From positions 37,888,293-37,952,292 of the forward strand of contig NC_068984.1 in the NCBI RefSeq assembly GCF_001194135.2: DNA of 64,000 bases, given 5' to 3'. The DNA is from Octopus bimaculoides (taxonomy: Eukaryota). Shown here piece after piece: positions 50,223-64,000 of the stretch (the stretch's first letter is position 1; every line of letters begins with the position of its first letter). Below the pieces are notes generated by a model that saw nothing but the letters and a program-made list of their open reading frames with translations, was not told where the DNA came from and did not search any database. A program made the position numbers and the translations under genes.

Positions 50223-50973
50223 AAATATGACAATTTGAATGGTCAGTATATTGGTCGAAATTTTGCCTAATTGGCCTAAATGAAGAACAACTAGCCATAT
50301 CTGTGATGTTATATCTTTGAAACTGAGGTGATAGACATTTTCAAATTACACAAATTAATAGTTGCCTAATTTTTTTCAGGTTCTTGAAAGTGAAATGGGG
50401 TGGGGGCAATTTTTTAAATATTTATGTAAAGCCTATTTTGTTACATGTAACAAACGGTCGATTTTGTGGTGTTTTTGGATGTAGCTAAATCCAAAAGTAC
50501 AAACCACAGGGATTTGAATTTTGGCATATTTGTAGTAGGTATAGAACTAAATATATCCTAAGATTTTTGGACATGATACCAGTTCAATAAAAATGGTGGG
50601 GTTTTGAATCAGGGCACCCACATAAGTTGGATTTTCTCCATTTTGGCAGGAATTTTCCCAATTTTTTCTCACCATGGCCTTGGAAATGGGGGGGGGGTTT
50701 AAATTTTTTTTTCATGCATCCTCCTGACCAATTTTGGCATAATTTTTTTTAGCATTATGCACTTAAAAATGATAGGAGAAACCCTTTTTGGTAAAAAAAA
50801 AAATTTTTTTTTTTTTCAAAATATTTTCAGGCAAAAAGGTGTGTGATTTAAGGGAGATTTAGCTGTTGCTTCTAGCACATTCTGTGACCACCTGGTACCT
50901 GTCTCAGAATTGTATGTAAACCTAGATTGAAAAAAACAAAAACAAAATGTAAAAACTAATTCCTTGTTTTAGC

Positions 50974-51538
50974 NNNNNNNNNNNNNNNNNNNNNNNNNNN
51001 NNNNNNNNNNNNNNNNNNNNNNNNNNNNNNNNNNNNNNNNNNNNNNNNNNNNNNNNNNNNNNNNNNNNNNNNNNNNNNNNNNNNNNNNNNNNNNNNNNNN
51101 NNNNNNNNNNNNNNNNNNNNNNNNNNNNNNNNNNNNNNNNNNNNNNNNNNNNNNNNNNNNNNNNNNNNNNNNNNNNNNNNNNNNNNNNNNNNNNNNNNNN
51201 NNNNNNNNNNNNNNNNNNNNNNNNNNNNNNNNNNNNNNNNNNNNNNNNNNNNNNNNNNNNNNNNNNNNNNNNNNNNNNNNNNNNNNNNNNNNNNNNNNNN
51301 NNNNNNNNNNNNNNNNNNNNNNNNNNNNNNNNNNNNNNNNNNNNNNNNNNNNNNNNNNNNNNNNNNNNNNNNNNNNNNNNNNNNNNNNNNNNNNNNNNNN
51401 NNNNNNNNNNNNNNNNNNNNNNNNNNNNNNNNNNNNNNNNNNNNNNNNNNNNNNNNNNNNNNNNNNNNNNNNNNNNNNNNNNNNNNNNNNNNNNNNNNNN
51501 NNNNNNNNNNNNNNNNNNNNNNNNNNNNNNNNNNNNNN
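50974..51538. other. Assembly gap
   Basis: N-run; further large gaps at 55681-55862 and 62098-62478. Confidence 0.99.
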
Positions 51539-54500
51539 TGAAAATTAATGATGAAATTTTCACTTTTATATATTTTATAATGATAATCTGACCCCATTGA
51601 TTCTTATATCAAAATAAAGCAAAAGCAGTCTTCTTCATGACTATGATTTTTAAGGCAAGACTAATCCCTCAGACGTAGGAAAACACTCCTAAATTGAAGA
51701 TGCTCTCACTCAGCAGGAATAAAACCCAGGCAAACCAAATGTGGCATACATCAAGATTAATGTTCTGTCGAAAAACATAATATTCAAATCTCCACATTAT
51801 CTCTTCACATGATCAACAAGGCAAACATACTCTTCTTTTGGGTCAGTTTTTCTACCAAACTATCAAAGATGATATGCTCTAACTTTGAATGCCAACAGAT
51901 TGGGATACAGACTGGATGCTGAATCAAAGACATTGATGAAATTAGCCTATCTTTCATTGTGGGGTCACTCGTAGCCATATGCAGTTCAAGCGTTTTTGAC
52001 CCCTGTATAGTAGCTTTCAAGTGTCTCTGGAAGATGAACAAATGAAGTGTATCTAATAACACTAGAACAGCATCTAGACAAGTATCAAAGTAACACACAT
52101 GCAAAATTTCAGCTTATTACAGCCGTTATTCTTGGAGGTGTGACCTAAAGATTGCTGCTCATAGTCAAAAATGTCATTTTGAGAAAAATGCAAAAAACGC
52201 TGGAAATAGTTGATCTTACAACAATGCCCAACTACACAAGAATAATGTCCACATTTTAGTGAAATATTTGCAGTTTTGCACAGTCAGTAATGCCCAGATG
52301 CATATCCTTTGCTATTTTTCTGAGATTTTGCTATCTGAAACCTGGGGTACTAGTTACAATAACACTTTAGCTCATTGAAATAGAATGAGGGCTACCATTT
52401 GGCAGAAAAAAGGGTGGGGGACAAACTCTGTGAATGGATTGAACTACCAGGGTGATTGAGGGACCCTGTCATAATATGTGTCAGATTTTGATCAAAACTA
52501 TATGAGAAGCAAGTTCACATCCAGAACTTTCAAATGCTTGATAATTTTCTATGGAAAAAAAAATGCAGTTTGACATGAAAATGATCAAGCAAGAAGTGTT
52601 TATGTGTGTTCAAACTGTGCTTGTATCCTGTCTACAGTGATACCTAATAATAGATAGAAGCAGCAATTATTATAAAAAAGAAAGACTGAAAATATATATT
52701 TAAATTTTAAAAACTATATTTTAAGTAAATAATGACTCACTGGATATGCAGCAATATTTCTGTACACACAGTAATGTCAAAGTTAATTAATGAAATTAAC
52801 TAGTGCGTTTAAATATTTATTTAAACTATTTAATATATATTATAAACACATTTTTATCATTTTTTAAAACTATTTTAAATACTCAAGCTTTCCACTTTAT
52901 CAAATCTTTGATGCAATGCCTTGAGACTATAACTTATAAATATCAGGCCATAAATAATCTCTAATCCAGTAGAAATTATGAATAACTTTCGGGTTTATTT
53001 TTGTATCTCAGTATGCAGTGATAAATGCTTTCATTTCTTTCTCATTCATGATATAGTATCTATATAAACAGCAAATTGGCAGATATTGGAACATTGGGGA
53101 GATTGTCTCATGCTATTTGTTCTGTCTGTGCATTCTGAGTTCAAATTGTACTGAAGTCAATTTTAGGATCAGTGAAAAAAGTATCAATCAGACTGGATGC
53201 CTTGCAGTTTTTATTCTGGTTCTGTATTCTGAATTAAAATCTTGCAATAGATTATTCGGGTGGTAAGCCCAATTTAACATCACCATTGTAGGATAAGTGT
53301 GAAAGGCTGGATATGGCTAGTTTAAACATAAGACAGGTAGAATATTTTGGCCAGATATGGCCAGTTTAAAAACTAAAGGGTTAAAAGTGTACCTCAGTTA
53401 AATATATTTGAATTTAAATATCTTTCAGTATAAAACCTATGTTATTGTTAATTGTGAGTGTTCACTATTTGCTAATATAAATCACCAAAACTACCCATAT
53501 ATAATATCGGAGAAAAGTTAATGACAGTTAACTTTGTATTGGCTAATTTTTTTTTATTGTTCAGTTTCAACAACAATGACTTGCATAAACTAACTAAATA
53601 TTTCAGAATAAAACTGCAAGATATGTCAAAATGAAAGTACAATAAACATTTTCTCATTGCACATAACTAGTTAGAACACAGAACAGTTCCTTATGGCATA
53701 TATTCTTTATTTTAAGATTGAGATTTATATTCTTGTTATTTGGATTTCTAAAATAATTAATGATTTCCCTTCTAGAATTCAAGTGTGGAATCTCAATAAC
53801 ATTGTTATGGTTATACTTACTTAAATATTAAAACATTCATGTTAAAGAGAATAATCATGATGCTAATGACATCACAATGATAATGAAATCATAGAAACAT
53901 TAAGTCAAAATTAGGCAGTTAGTGATAAATATTTCAGCAAGGAGAGAGATAGTGAAGGTTGGTTAAATCAAGATGTGAATATGTAAAAAAAAAAATTTAT
54001 GAAGATAATTCTCATTCTTATTGCTTTTATTTCTATTTTATGTGCTGGCAGTTGTTGGGTGGGTTTGCAAAACAATATTTACTTTTGTCTCAAATCTATT
54101 ATCTTAGGTTAATACAAAAGGCTAAGCTTTCTAATATGGTAGGATCTCACATATGTAATAAAGTGAATTGAAAACTTTTATTAAGTGAGATTATCAAAGC
54201 AAATATTAAACAGGAACTCCTAGTATTAAAAAAAAAAAAAAATATTAAAAGGGGTTAAAAAAGTGGTGGTGATGATGACTACAATAAGATAAACTGAACA
54301 TAATTTTTGAACAATATAGACAATTGGAGTGAATCCAGACTTTAAAGCCAACAAGTGAAAACAATGAACATGTTTGCTCTCATTAAACCTTTTCAGTCAG
54401 TAAAAGATATTTCACTCAGTGGCAAGACTGAAGAGTGATCGATATATTATCATCATCATTTTAACATAGATTTTTCCATGCTTGCATGAGACAGACTTTC

Positions 54501-55862
54501 TACAACTGGATGCTCTTCTTATAGCCAATCCTCAATTGTTCCTACACAAGATAATACTTCTTTGTGACTTGGCATGTTTTCATGGAAGATTGAAAATGAA
54601 TGACACCACTTGTATGGCAGTCACATTTATTTACAACTATCACACAATGTCAAAGCAGAAGCACAAACAAATGCATATATATGTATATACATAGCTTTTT
54701 TTCAGTTTAAGTTCACCAAATCCACTCATAAAGTTTTGTTTAGCCTGGGACTATAGAAAATACTTGCCCATGCTGACATTTGCTTAGGAAGCAAACTTCT
54801 ATACCATACAATCATATTTTTGCCTGTTATTCAACACAAACACACACACCACACAGAGGTATGGTCAATTCCCAACCATGTGGTTTTAGGTTCAGTCTTA
54901 CTACCTGGCAACTTGAGCTAATGTCCTCTACCATGCCCTCAGATTACCCAAAGCCTTGTGAGTGAATTTTGTAGATGGAAACTGAAGGAAGCCCACCATA
55001 TATATTTGTGTACATGTGTGTGTGTTTCCTTGTTTTAACATTGTGATAGTTGTAAATGAGCAATATTGTCATACAAGTAGTGTCTGTCATGTCCAATCTT
55101 CTGTGACATGTCCAGCTATAGGGAAATTTTACTTTGCTTGCAGACTGGAAAGGCATTTGTCTCAATAAATTCCATCTGACCCATTCAACGAGTATGGAAA
55201 AGTAGACACTAAAGCAATGATGATCTCATACATATATCAATGTGCTGGTGCCACGTAAAAAGCGCTAGTGCTGATGTCATATAAAGGCACCAGTACACTC
55301 TGTCAAGTGGTTGGCATTTAGGAAGGGTGTCTAGCTGTAGAAACTCTATCAAAACAGACATTTAAAACCTGATGCAGCTCTCTGGCTTATCAAACTCCTG
55401 TCAAACTATCCACCCATGTCAGCATGGAAAATGAATGTTTAGTGAGGATGATGATGATGATATATTTATATACATAAGCATATATATATATATATATATA
55501 TATTAGTGTGTTTGTTAGCTTGATGCGTGATGCGAAACCAGTTCTCACTTTATGTTGAAAGAACGAAAATCTTATTTTGTACAAAATTGTATAATATCTT
55601 TATTATTATGACTCTAATATACTCCTTAATCTTGTAAAACAATTTTTTTAAAAATCTTTTCTCTTTCTATGTGTGTGTATNNNNNNNNNNNNNNNNNNNN
55701 NNNNNNNNNNNNNNNNNNNNNNNNNNNNNNNNNNNNNNNNNNNNNNNNNNNNNNNNNNNNNNNNNNNNNNNNNNNNNNNNNNNNNNNNNNNNNNNNNNNN
55801 NNNNNNNNNNNNNNNNNNNNNNNNNNNNNNNNNNNNNNNNNNNNNNNNNNNNNNNNNNNNNN

Positions 55863-55990
55863 AACTTGGTCGCCCAGATAGCGGAAGCTATCGACTACCT
55901 CTAGTTTTTCACCCTGGAATGAGATAGAAGTTGTTTCCTGTTTGTTTGCAGTCTTTATTGCACCTGAACATCTGCCACAAACAAAAACTA
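55863..55990 (-). mobile_element. RTE LINE fragment
   Basis: CTTGGTCGCCCAGATAGCGGAAGCTATCGACTACCTCTAG... aligns by eye with 58978-59100. Confidence 0.6.
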
Positions 55991-56379
55991 ACTTGCTAGT
56001 TAACCTGCCAAGTTAGTTATATATATATATATATATAGGCACACTCATGTGTGTCACTCCTTGGCTTGATATCTCCAATAGTTGTAATTATCATCATCAT
56101 GCAAGTGATGCTCTTCATTTCCAGTCTTCTGTGAGGAATGGATGAATGGCTTGTGAGAGTTAGCAACTTTGGGATGAATTCAGTGTGTAAATAGGGAGCC
56201 ACCAGGCCTCAAGACTCAACCCTCTTTTATTTATAATAGTCATCCTGGCCATAAAAGAGGAGTTTTAAGACTGGGTGCCCCAGTAGGACTAGAGGAAAAA
56301 TTCCAGTTATGGAAGCAAAACCTGGAATTTTTGAGCTTCAAAGTTAACTTAGCAAAGATCAAAGTCTTAGTAAATAAGA

Positions 56380-57120
56380 AAACAGAAAGGACATTGATAC
56401 CGTGAAAGAAAAGTCCTTGCTTGATAGAAAAAGAGTGGGTAAAAATTTGATACAGTGCAATTTATGGACCAAACTATGGACATAAGCAGGTTAACAGAGA
56501 AAGCAAACTTTGTATGTGGTAAAAAAGCAGGAAACTCTAAGTGCACATGGAAAATAGATACTCTCAAATTACTCAGGAGGGTTTCTAGAGGTAACAAAAG
56601 CTTTCTGTTTACTAAGTGACCTAATTAGCTGTGGTGCAGGATGATTTCAAAGATAGTTACTAGAATAGCTTCAAGGGTCTATTACCTCTGTTAGTAGCTA
56701 AAGGTTTCTCTCTCAGATTGAAAAGCAGACAGTATGATACCTGAATATGAACTGGACCTTGAATGCAGAGGACCTGTGGAGACTAGAAAGAAAGAAAGAA
56801 AGAAAGCATGCTCTGCTGGAAGTGTATTGTCTGTGGATGATCAATGCAGAAGAAATGTGTTGTTGAAAGAAAAACTGGGTGTGAGAAGAATCAGATGTAG
56901 TGTGTGAGAGAGAAGACTGTGTTGGTTTAGGCATGTGATGTATATGCATGAGGATAGTTGTATAAAGAAGTGTTGTTCATTTACAGTAGATGAAACCTGT
57001 GTAAGAATACCCAGGCCAACATGGGATGAGGTGGTGAAGATTAATCCCAGGATGCTGAAACTCATGAAAGTGATGATAAAAGGATTGATTGGCAATATTC
57101 AGCACTCAAGAAAACCTGTC
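56380..57120 (+). mobile_element. Decayed RTE LINE 3' half
   Basis: FVCGK, degenerate YLSDL, EKLGVRRIRCSV, MYMHEDSCIKKC...PRPTWDEVVK motifs. Confidence 0.8.
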
Positions 57121-57949
57121 CAGACAGCATGTTGTGATTGAGGCTTTCTGATCATATTATGTATACATACAATTAAGCTCTTGCCAACATTAAAACTCCT
57201 GTTTCTCCCTTCTTACTAGTCCTACTAGAGCACCCAGTCTTAAAACTCCTCTCCTTGAACTTTTCCTATTGACAGCCACTCCTTATGCTTACTAATGATT
57301 ACTTCATACCCTTCTTGGTATCCATCTCTTTTCCCTATTTGTAACCTTTAAACCCACTCCTCATCACCCTGTCCTTAATCCTCTATTGTATCATCTGTAT
57401 TATTCTATTGCTGTGAGAAATGAAAGCAGAACCTGTTACTATACACCACACTATATTGCTATCTCTACTGCCAGTCACTACTCTACTACTTCCAGTCAGC
57501 ATCTGTCTCTCATCTTTATCATCTCTGCCCAATGTTTATATCCATTTCTCACTCTCCTCCCACACTTTTACAACCTTTACTCATCACTGTATCCATGCAT
57601 TCTTCTATACATCTCTTGGACATGTTACCATGTATGTTCTAGACTATTGACACTTCTGTATTTATCTCTCTTTGGGCACTACACTGGCCTCTACTATCCA
57701 CCTATGTAAAATGTGTGCTCTGTTGTTGTGCTGGTACCATGAAAATAGCACCCAGTACACTCAGTAAAGTGGTTAGTATAAAGGGCATCCAGCTGTAGAT
57801 ACCATACCACAACTGAAAACTGGCATGCTGGAGCAAAATGGAGTCCTCTGATTCATTGAATCGCTGTCAAAATATTCAATGCAATGGAAATAAACTGAGA
57901 TGGAGGAGGAGTGTGTGTGTAAACACATATGCACACATCATCATCATCA

Positions 57950-59100
57950 ACATTTAACATCCATTTTCCATGCTGGCATGGGTTGGACGGTTTGACTGAG
58001 GTCTGGAGTGCCAGCAGCTGCACCAGGCTCCAATCTGATCTGGCAGTGTTTCTACAGCTGGATACCCTTCCTAACGCCAACCACTCCCAAGGGTGTAGTG
58101 GGTGCCTGTTTACGTGCCACCAGCACAGGAGCCAATCAGGCAGGCCTGGCATCGATCACGTTTGGATGGTGCTTTTTATATGCCATCAGCACAAGAGTCA
58201 GTCAGCGGGTACTGGCATTGGCCACGATTGGTTGGTGCTTTTTACGTGCTGCCAGCATGGGAGCCAGTCAGGTGGACCTGGCATTGACCACGTTCAGATA
58301 GTGCTTTTTATGTGCCACCAGCACAGGAGCCAGTCAGGGAGCACTGGCCCCAGCTATGATATTGGCTTTACTTGATTCAACAGGTCTTCTCAAGCATATC
58401 ATTTAGTCCTATGCATCAGAGGTATTTTTAACAGAGCCGGACATGCATGGCTGTGATCTCACTTTAGTTGCTGGGTCTTCTCAATCACAGCATATCTCCA
58501 AAGGTCCCAGTCTCCTGTCATTGCCTTTGTGAGGCCCAATGTTCGAAGGTCATGTTTCACCACCTCATGTCTTCCTGGGTCTACCTTTTCCACAGGTTCC
58601 TTCTACAGTTAGGGAGTGGCACTTCCTTACACAGCTGTCTTCATTCATACATAACACATAGCCACACCAGCGCAGTCGCCTCTCTTGCACACCACATTTT
58701 ATGCTTTTTATGCCCAACTTTTCTCTCAGGGCATTTACACTCTGTGTATGTGCACTGACATTACACATCCAGCAGATCATACTAGCTTCATTTCTTTCAA
58801 GCCTACGCATGTCCTCAGCATTCACGGCCCATGTTTCACACATGCATCATACTGTCTACTTTTCACCCTGAGCGAGAGGCCCTTAGTTTCCAGCAGAAGT
58901 AGGAGCTCCTTGAACTTTGCCCAGGCTATTCTTACTCTAGTCGCTACACTCTCAAAGCAACCACCCCCACTACAGACTCGGTCACCTAGGTAGCAAGAGC
59001 TATTAATTACTTCTAGTTTCTCCCCCTGGCATGTGATGGAATCTGTTTTTTTGTACATCTTCAGTGTTTATTTCCCCAGTGCATCTGCCACCCACAAAAA
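57950..59100 (-). mobile_element. RTE LINE 3' end: RT C-terminus, 66-bp tandem array in 3' UTR, Ceph tail, (GAT)n
   Basis: Minus-strand CYLGDRVCSGGGCFESVATRVRIAWAKFKELL, CETWAVNAEDMRRLERNEASM, QERRLRWCG, GKGRPRKT, then tandem array 58101-58345 and Ceph tail. Confidence 0.92.
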
Positions 59101-62100
59101 CTATTTTCCCGGTATTTAAAAGTCAGACATGAGTTAAAGGATTATATGGTCTCCTTTTGCCTTATGTAGTCTACCAATGTCATTCTCTCACTACTTCTCA
59201 TCTATTCATGTTACATATCAGCTTTCCTCTATATGTCAGTTAATGCTACCGGTACTAATGTCATCTTAGAAATTGCATTTAACTCATTTCCTCACCAACT
59301 GTTGCATAGCCTGTAAATTTTCTATTTAGTTTCACCATGGTTGCAGTCCAATGACTGAAGCGAGTAAAAGAGTAAATTAGCAAATAAGCCGAATCTTGGG
59401 AAAATAAAGGCAATGCAGTTTTGAGTACATTACCTAACATTAGCTCTTATAAATTGACAGACCAGATAAATGGGCCCAACATTTTTGTGCAAGAAAGATG
59501 GATGATCTGTCACAGGAAATGTGTGTGTTTGTAGATCTATTCATGCATAGGTGCATGGATATATACATATATACTTTCTTTTATCTTGATATTTAGATTT
59601 TTTTAATAGAATTTTAGATAACATTCTTATTCTTTTCATAGCTCATGAAAATTATTCTGTCACCTTTAGTTTAAGCATCAGTAGGTTTTTGTCTTCAAGG
59701 TTGAATTTGTCCTTCTATATACAGCACATGTAATCACAGGCTACAGACAAAGTATTATAACATATGAGATTCAATGCTTGCAAAAAAAATGTTTGTATAA
59801 TAATCTACCGTGGAATATGTTGCAATCAGTGTCCGGTCCAATTTGTTGGAGTGAGAGTTAATATAGTGTCTGAGCCACTGAATAGTCACATGCAATGAAA
59901 AACAAAACTGTTTCATTTGTGAAAACTTACATTAATGAGGGGATATATGTTTGGTATTTTAAAGCTGACTTAGGAAGTCAGTACAAAGTGCTGTGTGTGT
60001 GTGTGCATGTGTGTCATGATCATCAATTTAATATTCATATCTTTGTTTTTGTTTTTTTTTTTTCAATCCTTAGAACATCAGTGAATTCTGTCCATGATTT
60101 TCTCAAAAGTTTTCTCTATGCCCACATTGCAGTCTTATCTGTTAGATAATGTGTTTATTAATGTCCATGTTGCAGTTCCATGTAGTAGAATGGACTATAC
60201 ATATCATTTCAGTAATCTTTTTCTAAGTTAATTTTTTTTACATATTTTACTTCAAACCTTCCTCTAGTTTCTACTTCACATTTCCTGTTCTTTTTTTATT
60301 GTCTACATCCCAGGTGTATTAAACTTTGGTGTCTGTTTAAATGAATTTTCTTCTCTGGTAATATACATTTGCAGTAACTGTGTTTTCTTGCTAAATACTA
60401 CTGATTTTGTTTACTTTACCTTTATTCTCATACCACAGGTCAGTCCTTTGTCTTTTACCTTTCTGCAGTAGCATTGGCTGCATATATAAGTTTGTTGATG
60501 TTCATATTGATACATCTTGGCAGGTCGTCTGAGTGCATAGATTAAATTGGCTAGAGAATAGTACATTATTTTGCCTGGCTTCCTAATTTTAAATTCTGAA
60601 GCATTTCTCCTTTTAGTTTTTATCATTGCTGTTTGTACCCAATACATTTTGATAATTATTTGAAGGTCTTTATCTCATACTTCAAGTTTTGATACACATT
60701 CAGTCCTCTTTGCATGTTTTGTTCTGCATATGTATTGGTATAGTCTTTATGCTTAGAACATTCTTGATAAAAAATCACTTTGCAGTTGACTTATTTCTTA
60801 ATTTATTCTTGATGTAATTTTATTGCATGCATGTGCGTGCACATGCACACGCACACACATGCATATCTTAAGCTGATGTTAATTTACATTTTGGTTAAAA
60901 AATTTTTTTTTTTTAATCTTTAATTAAAAATCCCTTGTAATGTTTGTGGTACACCAAGTTACAGGAGCTCCCTTGTCTTTCTTGTTGTCAGAAATACATT
61001 GGAATATATAATCCAGGATGCTATTCTTCACAATTGTAATACAAAATGAAAAGTAAATGAATCCTAGCAAATAATCTTTCCTAATAATCCCAGTATAAAA
61101 CATAGAAAAGGATTTTACTGTAATAGTAGTAGCATTTATGCATTGGGTTTCAAAATTTAGACCTTGGATTTGGCCTTGAAGTTGTATATTCAGTGTAGAG
61201 AATTTACTACATGGATTGCAGTTGGTCCATATCATGAATCATCTGAACAGTTTGATATGTGCTTTATTTAAAGATAAACGTTATGATTTCTCCCTATGAT
61301 GTTTATTTGCTTATAACTTTAAAACTTAATTTTGTCTCTTCAACTTTTTAAATCATTTCTATCTGGTACAAGTGTGAACAGGGAGTGGAGAATAAGTATA
61401 TATAGTACATGTAAGTGTTTTGGCAAGATAAAATGTATAGTTTGTGATAATTTAGCTTTTGAAATGTAGTGTAAAGCAAAAGAATCAGATAATATAATAC
61501 TCTTTCATATTTAATTGGAGAGGACACACTGGAGAAGTAATTTAGGTATTGGTGAAAATGCTTTTCCTAAGTACATTATTAGCATAAAATTAAATAACTA
61601 CAAGCAGAAATTGGATCAAGGTTGTAAGAATATTACATGGAAAAATGAGCAAAATTATTTATACTAGTCAAAAATGAAAGCAGCACACTTTTAAAAAAAT
61701 TATATGTAATAAAAATGATTAAGTAAGAAATTGTTTTCTTTTGTTTTGTCCCCTGCCTCCGGGGGGGGGGGGGGGTTAAGGAAAATGCATCATGAAGAAA
61801 ACACACACACACACACACACACTCTCTCTCTCTCTCTCTCTCTCATACACACACTCACGCAACTAAATTAAACTGCTTCAGTGAAACTTCAGTCTAGACA
61901 ACATTGTGCAACCCCTGTTATTTTCATGTTTAATTCCTATTTGAGTATTACCTAGTGCAAGTCAGATGGTGCAAATGTTAGAGTACTGAACTTGATACTT
62001 CACAGTATTTAGTTTGAACTAGTCTGAATTCATATTCTACAATCAATAGAATACCTACCAGTGTTATATTGGTTTATATATATATATATATATATATNNN

Positions 62101-63510
62101 NNNNNNNNNNNNNNNNNNNNNNNNNNNNNNNNNNNNNNNNNNNNNNNNNNNNNNNNNNNNNNNNNNNNNNNNNNNNNNNNNNNNNNNNNNNNNNNNNNNN
62201 NNNNNNNNNNNNNNNNNNNNNNNNNNNNNNNNNNNNNNNNNNNNNNNNNNNNNNNNNNNNNNNNNNNNNNNNNNNNNNNNNNNNNNNNNNNNNNNNNNNN
62301 NNNNNNNNNNNNNNNNNNNNNNNNNNNNNNNNNNNNNNNNNNNNNNNNNNNNNNNNNNNNNNNNNNNNNNNNNNNNNNNNNNNNNNNNNNNNNNNNNNNN
62401 NNNNNNNNNNNNNNNNNNNNNNNNNNNNNNNNNNNNNNNNNNNNNNNNNNNNNNNNNNNNNNNNNNNNNNNNNNNNNNTTATTGTAAAATTTGTATTGGT
62501 TGCAACTTGTAAATTTCATCTGACAGTTTAGTCACCCAGACTGGTTGGATTTTCTGTTGAGTGAAACTAAAAATTCCAGTCAACATGAATTTTACAATGT
62601 ATTCTTTTTGAATCTTTGTTATTATCTTTTGGTGAATGTTGTTTCTATGTACATATACAAATTATAACTCATTACTCTAAATTATTTTTAAAATAACTTA
62701 ACTTTAAAATTTAGACAATTGTAGGTTAGAGTTTTTTTAGATTAAGCTTTTTTTTTTTTCATTTAGATATGTTATGCGATATGGGGGGGAGTGGCCTGCT
62801 AAACATTGATACACTTAAAATTTTATGATAAAAATTATTTTAAAATCTTTCTATTTAGCAAATCTTCATTGAAAATTGATTATTGAATACAAAGTATCTA
62901 AATTTTTTCGTTGGTAACTATGATAATGGAAAAAGAAAGGTTTTATTGATCTATGTTGTGTGCAAAATAGCTATATCAATCAAATCACTTAGATAAAATG
63001 ATAATAGTTGATTTATATAATCACAAAATTATTTCAGGTAGTATTAAATATAAACTTGTGAAATTACTAAGGTCTCATGTGTATGTATTTACATTAACAA
63101 AATAGTTTGTTCTTTCATTTAATATGTACTAAGTTAGTTCTTGATAACATTGTTTCTGATAATGTTTCTATTGATTCATTTAACATTCTTCTATAGAAAT
63201 ATCTCAGTAAAACAAAAACTTAGTTTGCATAAAATTAATTTGTTTTCACATAGAAATTTCGCATGATAGGCTTAAGGATCATATTTTCTTTCATCATGGA
63301 CTTGATTTTATAAAATATCATACAGAAAAACAGAGAGAAAGGATTATATATATTCAATTTGTATTTTGTCTTATTCTTGTACCAAAATTATTTTATCTAA
63401 ATGATTTGAAAATTTTCTTTTAAACTAGTTTGACATTCTTAATTATGTTTGCCTGTGTCCATATTAAACAAAGCAAAAGAAAAATAACAGTTCTTATACT
63501 TTACTTTCAG

Positions 63511-63617
63511 ACGCCGATTTCCTAGCAGAAATACTAGCCCAAACCAAAATGCCACGTCTCAACCCAGTTCTGACTCTGGTTCGTCATCAAGCAATTTTCA
63601 GGGGAAACAAAGTTCTT
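63511..63617 (+). CDS. PIAS: PIAS coding exon 3 (R-RRFPSRNTSPNQNATSQPSSDSGSSSSNFQGKQSS)
   Basis: TTACTTTCAG acceptor and T|GTAAGT donor. AG+A completes Arg so the splice gives ELYRRRFP, as in vertebrate PIAS1/3. Confidence 0.93.
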
Positions 63618-64000
63618 GTAAGTTAAAATTTTAAACGTTTATTATCCTCAGGTTTTTCTACTTATTCTTCCTGGAGAGCTTGGAAGAACTCTTTTGCAGG
63701 TATAATGGTAATAGTATTTAATTTATTTTTTATCTTCTCTAGAGTTGACAATTTCAGCCTTACCAATTGAAAAGATTGAAGTGCACTGGGTTATTATATA
63801 TAAAATATTTTATTTGGTAAAAAAAAAAAAACTCTGAAAGCTATAAATTAGTACATTATAATGAATTAATTATACTAATTTCACATGATACAAGCTACAT
63901 CTGTATTTTTATGCTAAGTTTAGTATGAATTGATTAGGTTAGTAACTGACCTTTTTTATTTCTAATTATACTGCATTCCAATCAACACTCTTCAATCATC

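Noticed and set aside
51805-52104. 99-aa minus-strand ORF (FQRHLKATIQGSKTLELH...) as a transposase or gene fragment
   Set aside because: No motif I can assign confidently and no splice signals. It lies among probable non-autonomous DNA-transposon debris next to a gap.
60924-61235. 103-aa minus-strand ORF in intron 2
   Set aside because: No recognisable domain and no convincing splice or start context. An ORF of this length can arise by chance.

Overview
AT-rich, repeat-dense eukaryotic genomic DNA from a gapped short-read scaffold. The SINE/LINE repertoire (Ceph-type (GAT)n-tailed repeats, tRNA-derived SINEs, RTE LINEs) points to an octopus genome. The window is dominated by the 5' part of a PIAS / Su(var)2-10 SUMO E3 ligase gene on the + strand. 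Exon 1 (3424-3447, MADAQDLK), exon 2 (40144-40304, SAP domain) and exon 3 (63511-63617, RRRFPSR...) splice in frame across 36.7 kb and 23.2 kb introns. An unidentified multi-exon gene starts on the - strand with only 63 bp between the two ATGs. The introns hold decayed RTE LINEs, SINEs, two Chapaev3-like DNA transposon fossils, a Tigger/pogo remnant, MITEs and Penelope-type elements carrying hammerhead ribozyme motifs. Best leads: a 57-nt in-frame candidate cassette exon after the SAP domain, a sense-strand minimal hammerhead upstream of exon 2, the ultra-compact bidirectional promoter, a foldback MITE with a telomeric-repeat core, and several long fold-back structures in the PIAS pre-mRNA. 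Nearly all ORFs in the supplied track are spurious or transposon fragments. Family names are from motif recognition, not database searches.
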